From: Escherichia coli
GTDB taxonomy: Bacteria; Pseudomonadota; Gammaproteobacteria; Enterobacterales; Enterobacteriaceae
NCBI RefSeq assembly: GCF_051903065.1
Contig: NZ_CP178438.1
Reading direction: 5' to 3' (one strand)
Length of the DNA: 64,000 nucleotides
A model generated the notes under the pieces. That model did no database searches. It worked only from the letters and a program-made list of their open reading frames with translations, and was not told where the DNA came from. Both the position numbers and the translations under genes were made by a program. Positions 45,209 through 60,184 of this stretch are shown here, in pieces (within the stretch, counting starts at the first letter, position 1; every line of letters starts with the position of its first letter).

Positions 45209-45826
45209 ATGACCACACAATATGGATTTTTTATCGATTCCAGCCGCTGTACTGGCTGTAAAACCTGCGAACTGGCGTGCAAAGATTTTAAAGATCTTGG
45301 CCCGGAAGTCAGTTTCCGCCGTATTTATGAATATGCTGGCGGCGACTGGCAGGAAGATAATGGCGTCTGGCACCAGAACGTGTTCGCTTATTATCTCTCC
45401 ATCTCCTGTAACCATTGCGATGACCCCGCATGTACAAAAGTCTGCCCCAGCGGCGCAATGCATAAGCGTGAAGATGGCTTTGTGGTGGTTGATGAAGATG
45501 TTTGTATCGGCTGCCGCTACTGCCACATGGCTTGTCCGTACGGCGCACCACAGTACAATGCTGAAAAAGGGCACATGACGAAGTGCGATGGTTGTTATTC
45601 GCGCGTCGCCGAGGGGAAACAACCCATATGTGTCGAATCCTGCCCGCTGCGTGCACTTGAGTTCGGTCCAATTGAAGAGCTGCGCCAGAAGCACGGCACT
45701 CTTGCTGCCGTCGCGCCACTGCCGCGCGCGCATTTCACAAAACCCAATATCGTTATCAAACCTAACGCCAACAGCCGCCCGACCGGCGATACCACTGGTT
45801 ATCTGGCTAATCCGGAGGAAGTGTAA
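45209..45826 (+). CDS. ynfG: 4Fe-4S ferredoxin-type subunit (DmsB-like)
   Basis: 205-aa ORF with four CxxCxxCxxxCP clusters. Confidence 0.9.
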   Translation: MTTQYGFFIDSSRCTGCKTCELACKDFKDLGPEVSFRRIYEYAGGDWQEDNGVWHQNVFAYYLSISCNHCDDPACTKVCPSGAMHKREDGFVVVDEDVCIGCRYCHMACPYGAPQYNAEKGHMTKCDGCYSRVAEGKQPICVESCPLRALEFGPIEELRQKHGTLAAVAPLPRAHFTKPNIVIKPNANSRPTGDTTGYLANPEEV

Positions 45827-45827
45827 A

Positions 45828-46682
45828 ATGGGAAATGGATGGCATGAATGGCCACTGGTTATCTTTACCGTATTGGGTCAATGCGTAGTAGGCGCGCTGA
45901 TTGTTAGCGGAATTGGCTGGTTCGCCGCCAAAAATGACGCAGACCGTCAGCACATTGTTCGTGGCATGTTTTTCCTCTGGCTGTTGATGGGCATCGGGTT
46001 TATTGCCTCTGTCATGCACCTGGGATCGCCACTGCGGGCGTTTAACTCGCTGAATCGAATCGGAGCTTCTGGTCTGAGTAACGAGATTGCTGCCGGTTCC
46101 ATATTTTTTGCCGTTGGCGGACTATGGTGGCTGGTGGCGGTCATCGGTAAAATGCCGCAAGCGTTGGGGAAACTCTGGTTACTTGTCAGCATGGCGCTCG
46201 GCGTCATTTTCGTCTGGATGATGACCTGCGTGTATCAAATCGACACTGTGCCAACCTGGCATAACGGTTACACTACGCTGGCTTTCTTCCTGACGGTATT
46301 GTTGAGTGGTCCAATACTTGCTGCCGCAATTCTGCGGGCAGCCCGCGTTACATTTAATACCACACCATTTGCCATCATTAGCGTTCTGGCGCTGATCGCT
46401 TGTGCCGGGGTGATTGTGCTGCAAGGTTTGTCTCTGTCGTCTATTCACTCATCCGTGCAACAAGCCAGCGCACTGGTACCAGATTACGCCTCCTTACAGG
46501 TCTGGCGTGTGGTATTGTTATGCGCAGGTCTAGGATGCTGGCTTTGTCCGCTCATACGTCGCCGTGAACCTCACGTTGCCGGACTTATTCTGGGGTTAAT
46601 CCTCATTCTTGGCGGTGAGATGATCGGGCGTGTGCTCTTTTATGGCCTGCACATGACGGTAGGAATGGCTATTGCAGGTTAA
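45828..46682 (+). CDS. ynfH: membrane anchor subunit (DmsC-like)
   Basis: ATG 1 nt after ynfG stop; MGNGWHEWPLVIFTVLGQ... polytopic membrane protein. Confidence 0.85.
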   Translation: MGNGWHEWPLVIFTVLGQCVVGALIVSGIGWFAAKNDADRQHIVRGMFFLWLLMGIGFIASVMHLGSPLRAFNSLNRIGASGLSNEIAAGSIFFAVGGLWWLVAVIGKMPQALGKLWLLVSMALGVIFVWMMTCVYQIDTVPTWHNGYTTLAFFLTVLLSGPILAAAILRAARVTFNTTPFAIISVLALIACAGVIVLQGLSLSSIHSSVQQASALVPDYASLQVWRVVLLCAGLGCWLCPLIRRREPHVAGLILGLILILGGEMIGRVLFYGLHMTVGMAIAG

Positions 46683-46724
46683 CAAATTGGTGCGGGGCAA
46701 CCCGCACATTTCAGGATGTTAGGA

Positions 46725-47339
46725 ATGACCCATTTTTCACAGCAAGATAATTTTTCTGTCGCGGCGCGCGTGTTGGGCGCGCTGTTTTATTACGCTCCAG
46801 AGAGTGCTGAAGCCGCACCTCTGGTTGCGGTACTCACCAGTGACGGCTGGGAAACTCAGTGGCCTCTACCAGAAGCGTCATTAGCGCCGCTGGCGACGGC
46901 TTTTCAGACACAGTGTGAAGAGACTCTCGCCCAGGCCTGGCAGCGTTTGTTTGTCGGCCCGTGGGCACTGCCGTCTCCGCCGTGGGGATCGGTCTGGCTG
47001 GATCGCGAATCTGTGCTGTTTGGCGATTCAACATTGGCACTTCGTCAGTGGATGCGCGAGAAAGGCATTCAGTTTGAAATGAAGCAAAATGAACCGGAAG
47101 ATCATTTTGGTTCATTGCTGTTGATGGCTGCGTGGTTGGCGGAGAATGGTCGCCAGACAGAATGCGAAGAATTGCTGGCATGGCACCTTTTTCCCTGGTC
47201 AACACGTTTTCTTGACGTTTTTATCGAAAAAGCAGAACACCCTTTCTACCGTGCACTGGGTGAACTGGCTCGCTTAACGCTGGCGCAATGGCAATCACAA
47301 CTGTTAATTCCTGTCGCGGTTAAACCATTCTTTCGATAG
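46725..47339 (+). CDS. dmsD: Tat proofreading chaperone DmsD
   Basis: ORF 46716-47339; start MTHFSQQDNFSVAARVLGALFYYAPES... Confidence 0.9.
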   Translation: MTHFSQQDNFSVAARVLGALFYYAPESAEAAPLVAVLTSDGWETQWPLPEASLAPLATAFQTQCEETLAQAWQRLFVGPWALPSPPWGSVWLDRESVLFGDSTLALRQWMREKGIQFEMKQNEPEDHFGSLLLMAAWLAENGRQTECEELLAWHLFPWSTRFLDVFIEKAEHPFYRALGELARLTLAQWQSQLLIPVAVKPFFR

Positions 47340-47532
47340 GATCACTGTAATATTGCCGGATGGTGACGATTACGCGCGATTCGGCAACAATACGTTACAG
47401 TGTCACGTTTTTTGTCTCTTAAAGCACGCACTGCTTTTGCAGCTGGCCTCTTTTGCCGCAAAATAGTCGCCCGTGTTTCATTGCCCATTTCTGCTCATGC
47501 ATCATCTACACACCTATCCGGATCTGCGCACT

Positions 47533-48789
47533 ATGTTCCGCCGTCTGCTTATCGCAACAGTCGTCGGTATTCTCGCGGCCTTTGCCGTTGCCGGGTTTCG
47601 TCATGCGATGCTGCTACTGGAGTGGTTGTTCCTCAATAATGACTCCGGCAGTCTGGTCAATGCAGCGACAAACCTTTCCCCTTGGCGACGGCTGCTAACT
47701 CCGGCGCTCGGCGGACTGGCGGCGGGTTTGTTGCTGATGGGCTGGCAGAAATTTACCCAGCAACGCCCTCATGCGCCGACCGATTATATGGAAGCGTTGC
47801 AAACCGAGGGTCAGTTTGATTACGCAGCAAGCCTGGTTAAATCGCTTGCCTCTCTGCTGGTAGTAACCAGCGGCAGTGCAATTGGTCGCGAAGGTGCGAT
47901 GATTCTTTTAGCTGCCCTTGCCGCCTCCTGTTTTGCCCAACGTTTTACGCCACGCCAGGAGTGGAAATTATGGATCGCCTGTGGGGCCGCGGCGGGAATG
48001 GCTGCGGCCTATCGTGCCCCGCTTGCTGGCAGTTTATTTATAGCCGAAGTGCTGTTTGGCACTATGATGTTGGCCTCTCTCGGCCCGGTGATTATTTCCG
48101 CCGTCGTGGCATTGCTGGTTAGCAATCTGATTAATCATAGCGACGCGTTACTCTACAGCGTACAACTCTCAGTGACGGTTCAGGCTCGTGACTATGCGCT
48201 GATTATCAGTACAGGTGTGCTGGCAGGTCTGTGCGGACCACTGTTGTTAACGTTAATGAACGCCTGTCATCGTGGATTTGTAAGTCTCAAGCTTGCGCCG
48301 CCCTGGCAACTGGCACTGGGCGGCTTAATCGTGGGTCTGCTTTCCCTGTTCACACCTGCAGTGTGGGGCAACGGCTATAGCACCGTACAATCCTTTTTAA
48401 CCGCCCCGCCACTGTTAATGATCATTGCCGGGATCTTCCTCTGTAAACTGTGTGCCGTGCTGGCGAGTAGTGGTTCCGGCGCGCCCGGTGGTGTCTTTAC
48501 ACCGACGCTATTTATCGGTCTTGCCATTGGCATGTTGTATGGTCGTAGCCTGGGATTATGGTTCCCTGATGGCGAAGAAATTACGCTTTTACTCGGATTG
48601 ACCGGGATGGCGACACTGTTGGCGGCAACCACGCACGCGCCGATTATGTCGACGTTGATGATATCTGAAATGACCGGGGAGTATCAGCTACTCCCCGGTT
48701 TATTGATTGCCTGCGTAATTGCGTCGGTAATTTCGCGGACGTTACACCGTGACTCTATCTACCGCCAGCACACTGCGCAGCATAGCTAA
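47533..48789 (+). CDS. clcB: ClC-type voltage-gated chloride channel
   Basis: ORF 47473-48789; start [17 protein letters not shown]...; GSGIP/GREG-type motifs. Confidence 0.85.
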   Translation: MFRRLLIATVVGILAAFAVAGFRHAMLLLEWLFLNNDSGSLVNAATNLSPWRRLLTPALGGLAAGLLLMGWQKFTQQRPHAPTDYMEALQTEGQFDYAASLVKSLASLLVVTSGSAIGREGAMILLAALAASCFAQRFTPRQEWKLWIACGAAAGMAAAYRAPLAGSLFIAEVLFGTMMLASLGPVIISAVVALLVSNLINHSDALLYSVQLSVTVQARDYALIISTGVLAGLCGPLLLTLMNACHRGFVSLKLAPPWQLALGGLIVGLLSLFTPAVWGNGYSTVQSFLTAPPLLMIIAGIFLCKLCAVLASSGSGAPGGVFTPTLFIGLAIGMLYGRSLGLWFPDGEEITLLLGLTGMATLLAATTHAPIMSTLMISEMTGEYQLLPGLLIACVIASVISRTLHRDSIYRQHTAQHS

Positions 48790-49437
48790 GCGGATGTATT
48801 GCCCCAGTTCACGCTGTTCGGCGCGCGGCAGATAAGGCAGTTCACCAATGAGCGGTGCCGGAAGTTTTTTACCGAGCACATCAATGATTTCCGCATAATG
48901 CGCCAGTCCTGGGTTGATTCGGTTAGCCACCCAGCCAATGAGCGGCAGCCCGTCGTTGGCAATCGCCTGAGCTGTTAGCAGTGCATGGTTAATGCAACCT
49001 TCCTGAATACCGACAACCATCAACACCGGCAGTTGTTCCTGCACCACCCATTCAGAGAGTGGACGCAAATCATTCATCAGACTGCGCCAGCCGCCAGTCC
49101 CTTCTACCACGACATGATCGACTTTTTCGGTCAGGTTTGCCAGGCCGTTTGAAATGAGGGTGTAATTGATTGGGCAACTGTGCGCCACGCTACTTTCTTC
49201 TTCGCTTAACGCGATAGGATTAACTGCTTCATAAGGCAGTTCGATGGTTGAAACACTCTGCAACACCAGGGCATCTTTATTACGCAGCCCTTCGGGTGTC
49301 TCTTTGCTCCCCTTCGCTACGGGTTTATATCCCGCAACCGTTTTTCCCTGGGAGGCTAACGCTTGTAGCAATGCGCGGGAAACCACCGTTTTCCCTACAG
49401 AAGTGTCTGTACCGGTAATAAAGAAACGCTTCAGCAT
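48742..49437 (-). CDS. ynfK: dethiobiotin synthetase paralog (BioD2)
   Basis: ORF 48742-49449; start [19 protein letters not shown]... P-loop. Confidence 0.85.
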
Positions 49438-49561
49438 CACTAACTCCACCGTTATGCTTCACAAATATAAACCAGGAAAATAATTAACCTTGAAAGTCTA
49501 AGTTATGCTTTCCTGGCCCAAATTGAGATAGCGCAAATTTTGGTAGAACAGTTAAAAAATG

Positions 49562-50782
49562 TTAACCCTGCAACAGACGAATCAACAAAGAACCGTTATA
49601 CATCGCGTCTTTTACCAGCGCAGCGCCTGCCATCGTACCCTGGTTAGAAAACTGAGTACTCTCAACGCTAATGTGCTGACTATACGCAGGAAGGGCCTGC
49701 TGACGGATGCTATCTGAGATGACCGGGAAGAGGATATCTGCCGCTTTACTTAACGGTGAGCCAATCAGTATTTTTTGTGGGTTAAATAAATTCACCATGA
49801 TGGCAAGAATGCGCCCTACATGCGCGCCCACCCCGGTAATGATGTCTTTTGCCAGCAGATCGCCGCGCAATGCCGCCTGACACAATGAGTCCACGGTTAA
49901 CGGTTGCCCATGTAACATCGAGCTCATGGATTGATTGAGACGCAGCTGTGCCAGCTCAAGAATACTGTCCACACTGGCGATGGTTTCGAGGCAGCCGTGG
50001 TTCCCGCAATAACAGCGTTTACCATATGGGTCTACCTGTGTGTGACCTATTTCCACGAGGCTACTGCTGCCTGCGTGTAGCAGATGACCATCGGTAATGA
50101 CGCCCGCCCCCACGTTGTGATCGATAACCACCTGAATCACATCGCGCGCCCCGCGTGAGGCACCAAACAAGGCCTCTGCCATCGTCCATGCGCTGATATC
50201 ATGCTGTATATAAACCGGAACGCCGGTATGCTGCTCCAGAGCCTCGCCGAGCGGCATCTCTTTTACATCCTCGTAGAACGGCATGCGATGTACAATGCCA
50301 TTTTCCGTATCAATAATTCCCGGCAGGGTTATGGCAATCGAAGTTAGACGCTCAAGTTTTTTCTGGTGGCGGATAAAAAACTGATCGATATGGGAAATGA
50401 TACGATCCAGCAATGGCGAGTCATCTTTTAACGCCAGTTCCTGCGACTCTTCCACCACCAGTTTGCTGCTCAGATCGCGCAGAGCAAGGAAAATCTCCCC
50501 GCGACTAATGCGCAGAGAAAGATAGTGCCAGGCTTCAGTTTCAACCACCAGCCCCACCGCCGGACGGCCACGGTTCCCCGCTTCTTTGATTTCCAGCTCT
50601 TGCACCAGGTGTGCTTCGAGCATCTCACGGACAATTTTAGTGATACTGGCAGGAGCCAGCTGCGCCAGACGGGAAAGATCGATACGCGAGACTGGACCAA
50701 GCTGATCAATCAGGCGATAAACCGCGCCCGCGTTGGTCTGCTTTATTTGATCAATGTGCCCAGGCTGGTTTTCAGCAACCAC
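49562..50782 (-). CDS. mlc: ROK-family global regulator Mlc (DgsA)
   Basis: 406-aa ORF; ROK motifs and Cys cluster CYCGNHGCLE. Confidence 0.9.
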   Translation of the reverse strand: MVAENQPGHIDQIKQTNAGAVYRLIDQLGPVSRIDLSRLAQLAPASITKIVREMLEAHLVQELEIKEAGNRGRPAVGLVVETEAWHYLSLRISRGEIFLALRDLSSKLVVEESQELALKDDSPLLDRIISHIDQFFIRHQKKLERLTSIAITLPGIIDTENGIVHRMPFYEDVKEMPLGEALEQHTGVPVYIQHDISAWTMAEALFGASRGARDVIQVVIDHNVGAGVITDGHLLHAGSSSLVEIGHTQVDPYGKRCYCGNHGCLETIASVDSILELAQLRLNQSMSSMLHGQPLTVDSLCQAALRGDLLAKDIITGVGAHVGRILAIMVNLFNPQKILIGSPLSKAADILFPVISDSIRQQALPAYSQHISVESTQFSNQGTMAGAALVKDAMYNGSLLIRLLQG

Positions 50783-50916
50783 CGCATACTCCCTATATTT
50801 TCGCGCTCCGAAATAATCTGTAGGCTATGGTGAAGCACTTCAATACGTGTCGTCAAATTTTTACTTAGGCATGTGATTAACAGCACATTTTTCGGGCTTT
50901 TTCGCTGAAATTTCCC

Positions 50917-51810
50917 TCACCTGAGAGCATTCAGCAGATGAATACGAAAGTTACGCGCAGCTGGACTTTGTTCATGATGTTTCGGCCAGACCAACCACAT
51001 TTCAGAAACCGCATCCTCTTCAGCAATCGGCACCCAGCGCATTTCGTTGAGCTGAACACGTTTAAATGACGCAGGCAAAATTGAAACACCCAGACCGGCG
51101 GAAACCAGACCGATGATGGTCATTGCCTCGCCCACCTCCTGAGTGATGACGGGCGTCAAATGGTAACGTCGCATCAGCCCGAGAATATCGTCATACAGCC
51201 CTGTCCCGACGTGCGGATCAAAAAAGACAAAGGGTTCTTTCGCCAGTTCAGCCAGCGTTACATTCGGGTTATTTGCCAGGGGATGATCGTGCGGGATCAT
51301 CGCCATAAGCGGTTCATGGACGATGACTGCGTGTTCAAGCGTCTCCGGTAACGCTGTGTTACGCAGCAATCCCATATCCAGCGTTCCTTCAATGAGCGGA
51401 GCGATTTGCTCGCGAGTGTTCATTTCGCGGGTTTGTAAATGGACATCGGGATAATCTCGGCGAAACAGCGATAACGTATCGGACACCGCCCGAATAAAAG
51501 GAGCCGACGAAGTAAAACCAATGCGCAACTCCCCCGCTTCACCCTGATGCAGTCTTTCAGCGCGAGCGGCAGCGTCATCCACCATAGACAGGATTTGCCG
51601 ACTATCTGCAAGAAACTGTTTTCCTGCTGCCGTCAGCAATACACTGCGATTGGTTCGTGCCAGCAGTCGGGCACCAATTTGTTGCTCCAGCGCCTGAATC
51701 TGCTGACTTAGCGGCGGTTGCGAAATATTCAGGCGGGCAGCGGCGCGCCCGAAATGCAGCTCTTCCGCAACAGCAACAAAGTAACGCAGATGACGAAGTT
51801 CAATATTCAT
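50917..51810 (-). CDS. ynfL: LysR-type transcriptional regulator
   Basis: 297-aa ORF MNIELRHLRYFVAVAEELHFGRAAARLNISQPPLSQQI... Confidence 0.9.
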   Translation of the reverse strand: MNIELRHLRYFVAVAEELHFGRAAARLNISQPPLSQQIQALEQQIGARLLARTNRSVLLTAAGKQFLADSRQILSMVDDAAARAERLHQGEAGELRIGFTSSAPFIRAVSDTLSLFRRDYPDVHLQTREMNTREQIAPLIEGTLDMGLLRNTALPETLEHAVIVHEPLMAMIPHDHPLANNPNVTLAELAKEPFVFFDPHVGTGLYDDILGLMRRYHLTPVITQEVGEAMTIIGLVSAGLGVSILPASFKRVQLNEMRWVPIAEEDAVSEMWLVWPKHHEQSPAARNFRIHLLNALR

Positions 51811-51916
51811 ATTTAAAACATCTTATTTGAGATTATTAATATATTAGACAGAACAATTCGATTTTCCTACCCTATGTATAAGCCTGATCCACAGGCACAT
51901 TTAGCAAGGATTTCAA

Positions 51917-53170
51917 GTGAGCCGTACTACAACTGTTGATGGCGCTCCGGCAAGCGACACTGACAAGCAAAGCATTTCTCAGCCAAATCAATTTATTAAA
52001 CGCGGTACGCCGCAATTTATGCGCGTCACCCTGGCGCTGTTCTCTGCCGGACTGGCAACATTTGCACTTCTCTATTGTGTGCAGCCTATCCTTCCGGTGC
52101 TTTCGCAGGAGTTTGGCTTAACGCCCGCGAACAGTAGTATTTCACTGTCCATTTCCACGGCGATGTTGGCTATTGGTTTGCTGTTTACTGGCCCCCTATC
52201 CGATGCCATTGGTCGCAAACCAGTGATGGTCACGGCGCTACTGTTGGCCTCCATTTGTACGTTACTTTCGACAATGATGACCAGCTGGCACGGCATTTTG
52301 ATTATGCGCGCCTTGATTGGGCTTTCGTTAAGTGGCGTGGCAGCTGTTGGCATGACTTATCTTAGCGAGGAAATCCATCCCAGTTTCGTGGCCTTTTCGA
52401 TGGGGTTGTATATCAGCGGCAACTCAATTGGCGGCATGAGCGGACGCTTAATTAGCGGTGTCTTCACGGACTTTTTCAACTGGCGAATTGCTCTGGCGGC
52501 TATCGGTTGTTTCGCGCTAGCCTCGGCGTTGATGTTCTGGAAAATCCTCCCGGAATCACGCCATTTTCGCCCGACTTCGCTGCGACCTAAGTCGTTGTTT
52601 ATCAACTTTCGTCTGCACTGGCGTGACCGGGGATTACCGTTATTGTTCGCAGAAGGCTTTTTGCTGATGGGGTCGTTCGTCACGCTGTTTAATTACATCG
52701 GCTATCGGTTGATGCTCTCCCCCTGGCATGTCAGTCAGGCCGTGGTTGGCTTATTATCGCTGGCTTATTTGACCGGTACATGGAGCTCACCCAAAGCCGG
52801 AACCATGACCACCCGCTATGGGCGTGGTCCAGTGATGTTGTTTTCGACGGGGGTTATGCTGTTTGGTTTACTGATGACCTTATTCAGCTCGCTGTGGCTG
52901 ATCTTTGCCGGAATGTTACTCTTCTCAGCAGGATTCTTCGCAGCCCACTCAGTTGCCAGCAGCTGGATCGGCCCCCGCGCAAAACGCGCTAAAGGCCAGG
53001 CCTCCTCGCTGTATCTGTTCAGTTACTATCTGGGGTCGAGTATTGTCGGGACGCTGGGTGGTGTTTTCTGGCATAACTATGGCTGGAACGGCGTCGGCGC
53101 ATTTATTGCTCTGATGCTGGTCATTGCTCTGCTGGTCGGGACGCGTTTGCATCGTCGTCTGCACGCCTGA
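51917..53170 (+). CDS. ynfM: MFS transporter YnfM
   Basis: 417-aa ORF, 12-TM MFS-like. Confidence 0.85.
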   Translation: MSRTTTVDGAPASDTDKQSISQPNQFIKRGTPQFMRVTLALFSAGLATFALLYCVQPILPVLSQEFGLTPANSSISLSISTAMLAIGLLFTGPLSDAIGRKPVMVTALLLASICTLLSTMMTSWHGILIMRALIGLSLSGVAAVGMTYLSEEIHPSFVAFSMGLYISGNSIGGMSGRLISGVFTDFFNWRIALAAIGCFALASALMFWKILPESRHFRPTSLRPKSLFINFRLHWRDRGLPLLFAEGFLLMGSFVTLFNYIGYRLMLSPWHVSQAVVGLLSLAYLTGTWSSPKAGTMTTRYGRGPVMLFSTGVMLFGLLMTLFSSLWLIFAGMLLFSAGFFAAHSVASSWIGPRAKRAKGQASSLYLFSYYLGSSIVGTLGGVFWHNYGWNGVGAFIALMLVIALLVGTRLHRRLHA

Positions 53171-53593
53171 AAAATAAGTCCGGACTGCGGTAAATACCCG
53201 TCCGGACTTATTGCCTACTCAAACCAACGTTAATAGCCATCCTAAAATAGACGAAGCGCCAGCCAATTCCCGCAGCGCGTCTAGCGTCATCAGGATTATA
53301 AGTACCCAAATAAACGGATTCATTTTGCTGTGTGTCATTTATTACTGATGCGCAGTTATTCTACCGCTTTGTAAGTAGTAAAATAGTTAACCCGATCAAG
53401 ACTACTATTATTGGTAGCTAAATTTTCCTTAAGTCACAATACGTTATTATCAACGCTGTAATTTATTCAGCGTTTGTACATATCGTTACACGCTGAAACC
53501 AACCACTCACGGAAGTCTGCCATTCCCAGGGATATAGTTATTTCAACGGCCCCGCAGTGGGGTTAAATGAAAAAACAAATTGAGGGTATGACA

Positions 53594-53902
53594 ATGAAAA
53601 AAGTATTAGCTCTGGTTGTTGCCGCTGCTATGGGTCTGTCTTCTGCCGCCTTTGCTGCAGAGACTGCGACCACACCTGCTCCGACTGCGACGACCACCAA
53701 AGCAGCACCGGCGAAAACTACACATCATAAAAAACAGCATAAAGCAGCACCTGCCCAGAAAGCGCAGGCGGCTAAAAAGCATCATAAAAATGCGAAAGCT
53801 GAACAGAAAGCCCCAGAACAAAAAGCGCAGGCAGCGAAGAAACACGCCAAGAAACACAGCCATCAGCAACCGGCAAAACCTGCTGCACAACCCGCAGCGT
53901 AA
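53594..53902 (+). CDS. asr: acid shock protein Asr (low-complexity Ala/Lys/His/Gln-rich periplasmic protein)
   Basis: ORF 53567-53902; start [21 protein letters not shown]...; repeated AAKKH motifs. Confidence 0.85.
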   Translation: MKKVLALVVAAAMGLSSAAFAAETATTPAPTATTTKAAPAKTTHHKKQHKAAPAQKAQAAKKHHKNAKAEQKAPEQKAQAAKKHAKKHSHQQPAKPAAQPAA

Positions 53903-53994
53903 GTTTTCAACAGTAATGCTGGCGCGCCCCCTCGCGCCTGAAAATTACGGTGCTAAGCGGGTAACGTTTAGCACCGCCTTTAGCGGAGGGTAGT

Positions 53995-54078
53995 ATGGTG
54001 GGCCGTTATCGCTTTGAGTTCATTCTTATCATCCTTATTTTATGCGCACTGATTGCCGCCCGTTTTTATCTTTCCTGA
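53995..54078 (+). CDS. ydgU: small membrane protein YdgU (27 aa)
   Basis: Hand translation MVGRYRFEFILIILILCALIAARFYLS; known small protein by memory. Confidence 0.6.
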   Translation: MVGRYRFEFILIILILCALIAARFYLS

Positions 54079-54177
54079 CTGTAGTTATCTGATTTTACTC
54101 CCACTTTCATCCCGTCCCGTCTATAGTATTTATGAGGGTTTGCTTTTAATAATCATAATTACCCACCAGAGTGTGAT

Positions 54178-54999
54178 ATGCGTACAACCATTGCTGTAGT
54201 GTTGGGTGCAATTAGTTTGACGTCTGCTTTTGTGTTTGCAGATAAACCAGACGTTGCCAAATCGGCAAACGATGAGGTCAGCACCCTGTTTTTTGGTCAT
54301 GATGATCGTGTGCCAGTGAATGACACGACCCAATCACCGTGGGATGCGGTTGGGCAACTGGAAACGGCCAGCGGCAATTTATGTACGGCGACGCTGATTG
54401 CACCCAATCTGGCATTAACGGCAGGACACTGTTTATTGACACCTCCAAGGGGTAAAGCCGATAAAGCAGTGGCGCTGCGTTTTGTGTCAAATAAAGGTCT
54501 TTGGCGCTATGACATCCACGACATAGAAGGCCGCGTTGATCCGACACTGGGAAAGCGGTTAAAAGCAGATGGGGATGGTTGGATTGTACCTCCCGCAGCC
54601 GCGCCGTGGGACTTCGGATTGATTGTGCTACGTAATCCCCCTTCTGGCATTACGCCGTTGCCGTTATTTGAGGGAGATAAAGCCGCGCTTACCGCCGCAT
54701 TAAAAGCGGCAGGTCGTAAAGTGACTCAGGCAGGATACCCTGAAGATCATCTCGATACGTTGTACAGTCATCAAAACTGTGAAGTGACTGGCTGGGCGCA
54801 AACGTCGGTGATGTCACATCAGTGCGATACCTTGCCGGGTGACAGCGGTTCGCCTCTGATGTTGCATACCGATGACGGCTGGCAATTAATTGGGGTGCAA
54901 AGTTCGGCTCCTGCCGCGAAAGATCGCTGGCGCGCCGATAACCGGGCCATTTCTGTTACCGGTTTTCGCGACAAGCTGGATCAACTGTCGCAAAAATAA
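54178..54999 (+). CDS. ydgD: trypsin-like serine peptidase YdgD
   Basis: 273-aa ORF with signal peptide; TAGHC and GDSGSP catalytic motifs. Confidence 0.85.
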   Translation: MRTTIAVVLGAISLTSAFVFADKPDVAKSANDEVSTLFFGHDDRVPVNDTTQSPWDAVGQLETASGNLCTATLIAPNLALTAGHCLLTPPRGKADKAVALRFVSNKGLWRYDIHDIEGRVDPTLGKRLKADGDGWIVPPAAAPWDFGLIVLRNPPSGITPLPLFEGDKAALTAALKAAGRKVTQAGYPEDHLDTLYSHQNCEVTGWAQTSVMSHQCDTLPGDSGSPLMLHTDDGWQLIGVQSSAPAAKDRWRADNRAISVTGFRDKLDQLSQK

Positions 55000-55037
55000 T
55001 GTTCAAACGCTGCCCGACTGTGCGGGCAGCGTGTTCA

Positions 55038-55367
55038 TCAGGCAAGTTTCACCATGATCATTCCAGCCAACAGCAAGACCAGGCCAATCCAGCCTTTACG
55101 ATTTAACCGTTGACCAAACAAGATCCAACCTGCGGCTAACGTGGCGGCAATACCAAACCCGCCCCACAATGCATAAGCGACAGACAAGTCGATCCCTTTA
55201 ACGGCCTGAGAAAGCGCACTAAAGGCAGCCAGCACCGCCGCCAGGGAGAGCAAGCCAAATATTTTGCGACGAAAGCCGTCAGAAAATTTCAAAAAGACGT
55301 TAGCAACGATTTCCAGCACGATTGCCAATGCCAGCCAGGCGGCGTGAACCCATTCAAACTGCACCAT
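55038..55367 (-). CDS. mdtI: SMR-family spermidine exporter subunit MdtI
   Basis: 109-aa ORF, 4-TM SMR. Confidence 0.85.
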
Positions 55368-55719
55368 GGTTCACCTCCAGTTCAGGTTTACGCGCTTTAC
55401 GGGTACCTGATTTTATCAACACAATCCCGGCGACCAGGGTGGTTAACCCGGCAATTTTCATCAGCGATAAACTTTCGTCGAATAACAAAACGCTAAACAA
55501 GGTAATAAATAAAATACCGATACCTTCCCACAGCGCATAAGCTACGCCTAAGGCGATTTTTTTAACGGCGAAAGAGAGAAATATATACGACAGAGAAATC
55601 ATCACCAGCATTAAAATAAAGCCGCCATTTCCCTCACTGACGCTCGCCCATTTCATGGACAGCGTACCGGTAATTTCTGTAGCAATAGCCAGACCTAATA
55701 AAATCCAATAAATATACAT
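55354..55719 (-). CDS. mdtJ: SMR-family spermidine exporter subunit MdtJ
   Basis: 121-aa ORF overlapping mdtI start. Confidence 0.85.
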
Positions 55720-56130
55720 TGTCCTTCTCCTGCAAGAGAATTATTTTAATTTTCGCTTAATTCAGCGAAACCAAAGTAAAGTGGTCAAGCCCCGCGCTTA
55801 GCGCAAGCTTTGGCAGAAGAAAGGACTAAAGCGCGTTGCGCCAGTGCTGCTCACCTACGAGCAAGATAGTGGATGAGGTACGAAGATGGGTAAATGTAGA
55901 AAATAACGTCCTGAACAAATTGTCCATAATATTACAATTATCCGCAGTGTTGCTTCTCGTCATCGCGGATGATAATTGTCCTCGGTAGTTGAACACGCCT
56001 GATTTGTATCATAGCTTAAGAATTAACTCAAAATATTTTCATTTCTTTACCTGAGCGGTTTGATTTTCGTTATGATGACGGAGCGAAAAAGACATTATTA
56101 TTAGCAAAGGAAGAAAAAACGGGGACAAGC

Positions 56131-57165
56131 ATGGCAAAGCCGATCATCACGCTCAATGGCCTAAAAATCGTCATTATGTTGGGAATGCTGGTCATTATTC
56201 TCTGCGGTATCCGTTTTGCCGCCGAGATCATCGTGCCGTTTATTCTCGCATTATTTATTGCTGTTATTCTTAACCCGCTGGTGCAACACATGGTCCGCTG
56301 GCGAGTGCCGCGTGTACTGGCGGTGTCGATTTTGATGACCATCATCGTGATGGCTATGGTGTTGCTGTTAGCTTATCTGGGTTCCACGCTCAACGAGTTG
56401 ACGCGGACGTTACCGCAATATCGCAACTCTATTATGACGCCGCTGCAAGCTCTTGAGCCGTTGTTGCAACGCGTAGGGATTGACGTCTCAGTTGACCAAC
56501 TGGCGCATTACATTGATCCGAACGCGGCGATGACGTTGCTCACCAACTTATTGACGCAGTTATCTAATGCCATGTCATCAATATTTTTATTGCTGCTGAC
56601 GGTGCTGTTTATGCTGCTCGAAGTGCCACAATTGCCCGGAAAATTTCAGCAAATGATGGCGCGTCCGGTTGAAGGGATGGCGGCGATTCAGCGTGCGATT
56701 GACAGTGTGTCTCATTATCTGGTGCTGAAAACAGCCATCAGCATCATCACCGGCCTGGTCGCATGGGCGATGCTCGCCGCCCTCGATGTTCGCTTCGCTT
56801 TTGTCTGGGGATTGCTGGCCTTTGCGCTTAATTACATCCCTAATATTGGTTCAGTTCTCGCGGCAATCCCCCCTATCGCTCAGGTACTGGTGTTTAATGG
56901 CTTCTACGAAGCGTTGTTGGTGCTGGCGGGATATCTGCTGATTAATCTGGTCTTCGGCAATATTCTGGAGCCACGCATCATGGGGCGTGGGCTGGGACTT
57001 TCCACATTGGTGGTATTTTTGTCGTTGATTTTTTGGGGATGGTTGTTAGGACCGGTGGGTATGCTGCTTTCCGTGCCGTTAACAATTATTGTCAAAATTG
57101 CGCTTGAACAAACAGCGGGAGGTCAAAGCATCGCCGTTCTGTTAAGCGATCTCAATAAAGAGTGA
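56131..57165 (+). CDS. tqsA: AI-2 exporter TqsA (YdgG)
   Basis: 344-aa polytopic membrane ORF. Confidence 0.85.
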   Translation: MAKPIITLNGLKIVIMLGMLVIILCGIRFAAEIIVPFILALFIAVILNPLVQHMVRWRVPRVLAVSILMTIIVMAMVLLLAYLGSTLNELTRTLPQYRNSIMTPLQALEPLLQRVGIDVSVDQLAHYIDPNAAMTLLTNLLTQLSNAMSSIFLLLLTVLFMLLEVPQLPGKFQQMMARPVEGMAAIQRAIDSVSHYLVLKTAISIITGLVAWAMLAALDVRFAFVWGLLAFALNYIPNIGSVLAAIPPIAQVLVFNGFYEALLVLAGYLLINLVFGNILEPRIMGRGLGLSTLVVFLSLIFWGWLLGPVGMLLSVPLTIIVKIALEQTAGGQSIAVLLSDLNKE

Positions 57166-57185
57166 CGGCCTCCGCAGAGGCCGTC
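57164..57185. terminator. bidirectional hairpin between convergent tqsA and pntB
   Basis: GACGGCCTC-CGCAG-AGGCCGTC. Confidence 0.6.
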
Positions 57186-57189
57186 AGGG

Positions 57190-58581
<1,392 letters not shown>

Positions 58582-58588
58582 TTACCCC

Positions 58589-60184
<1,596 letters not shown>

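Noticed and set aside
53606-53993. Overlapping ORFs on both strands with repetitive sequence
   Set aside because: These are alternative frames of the repetitive asr coding region; the repeats are coding (AAKKH-type) and not a CRISPR or tandem noncoding array.
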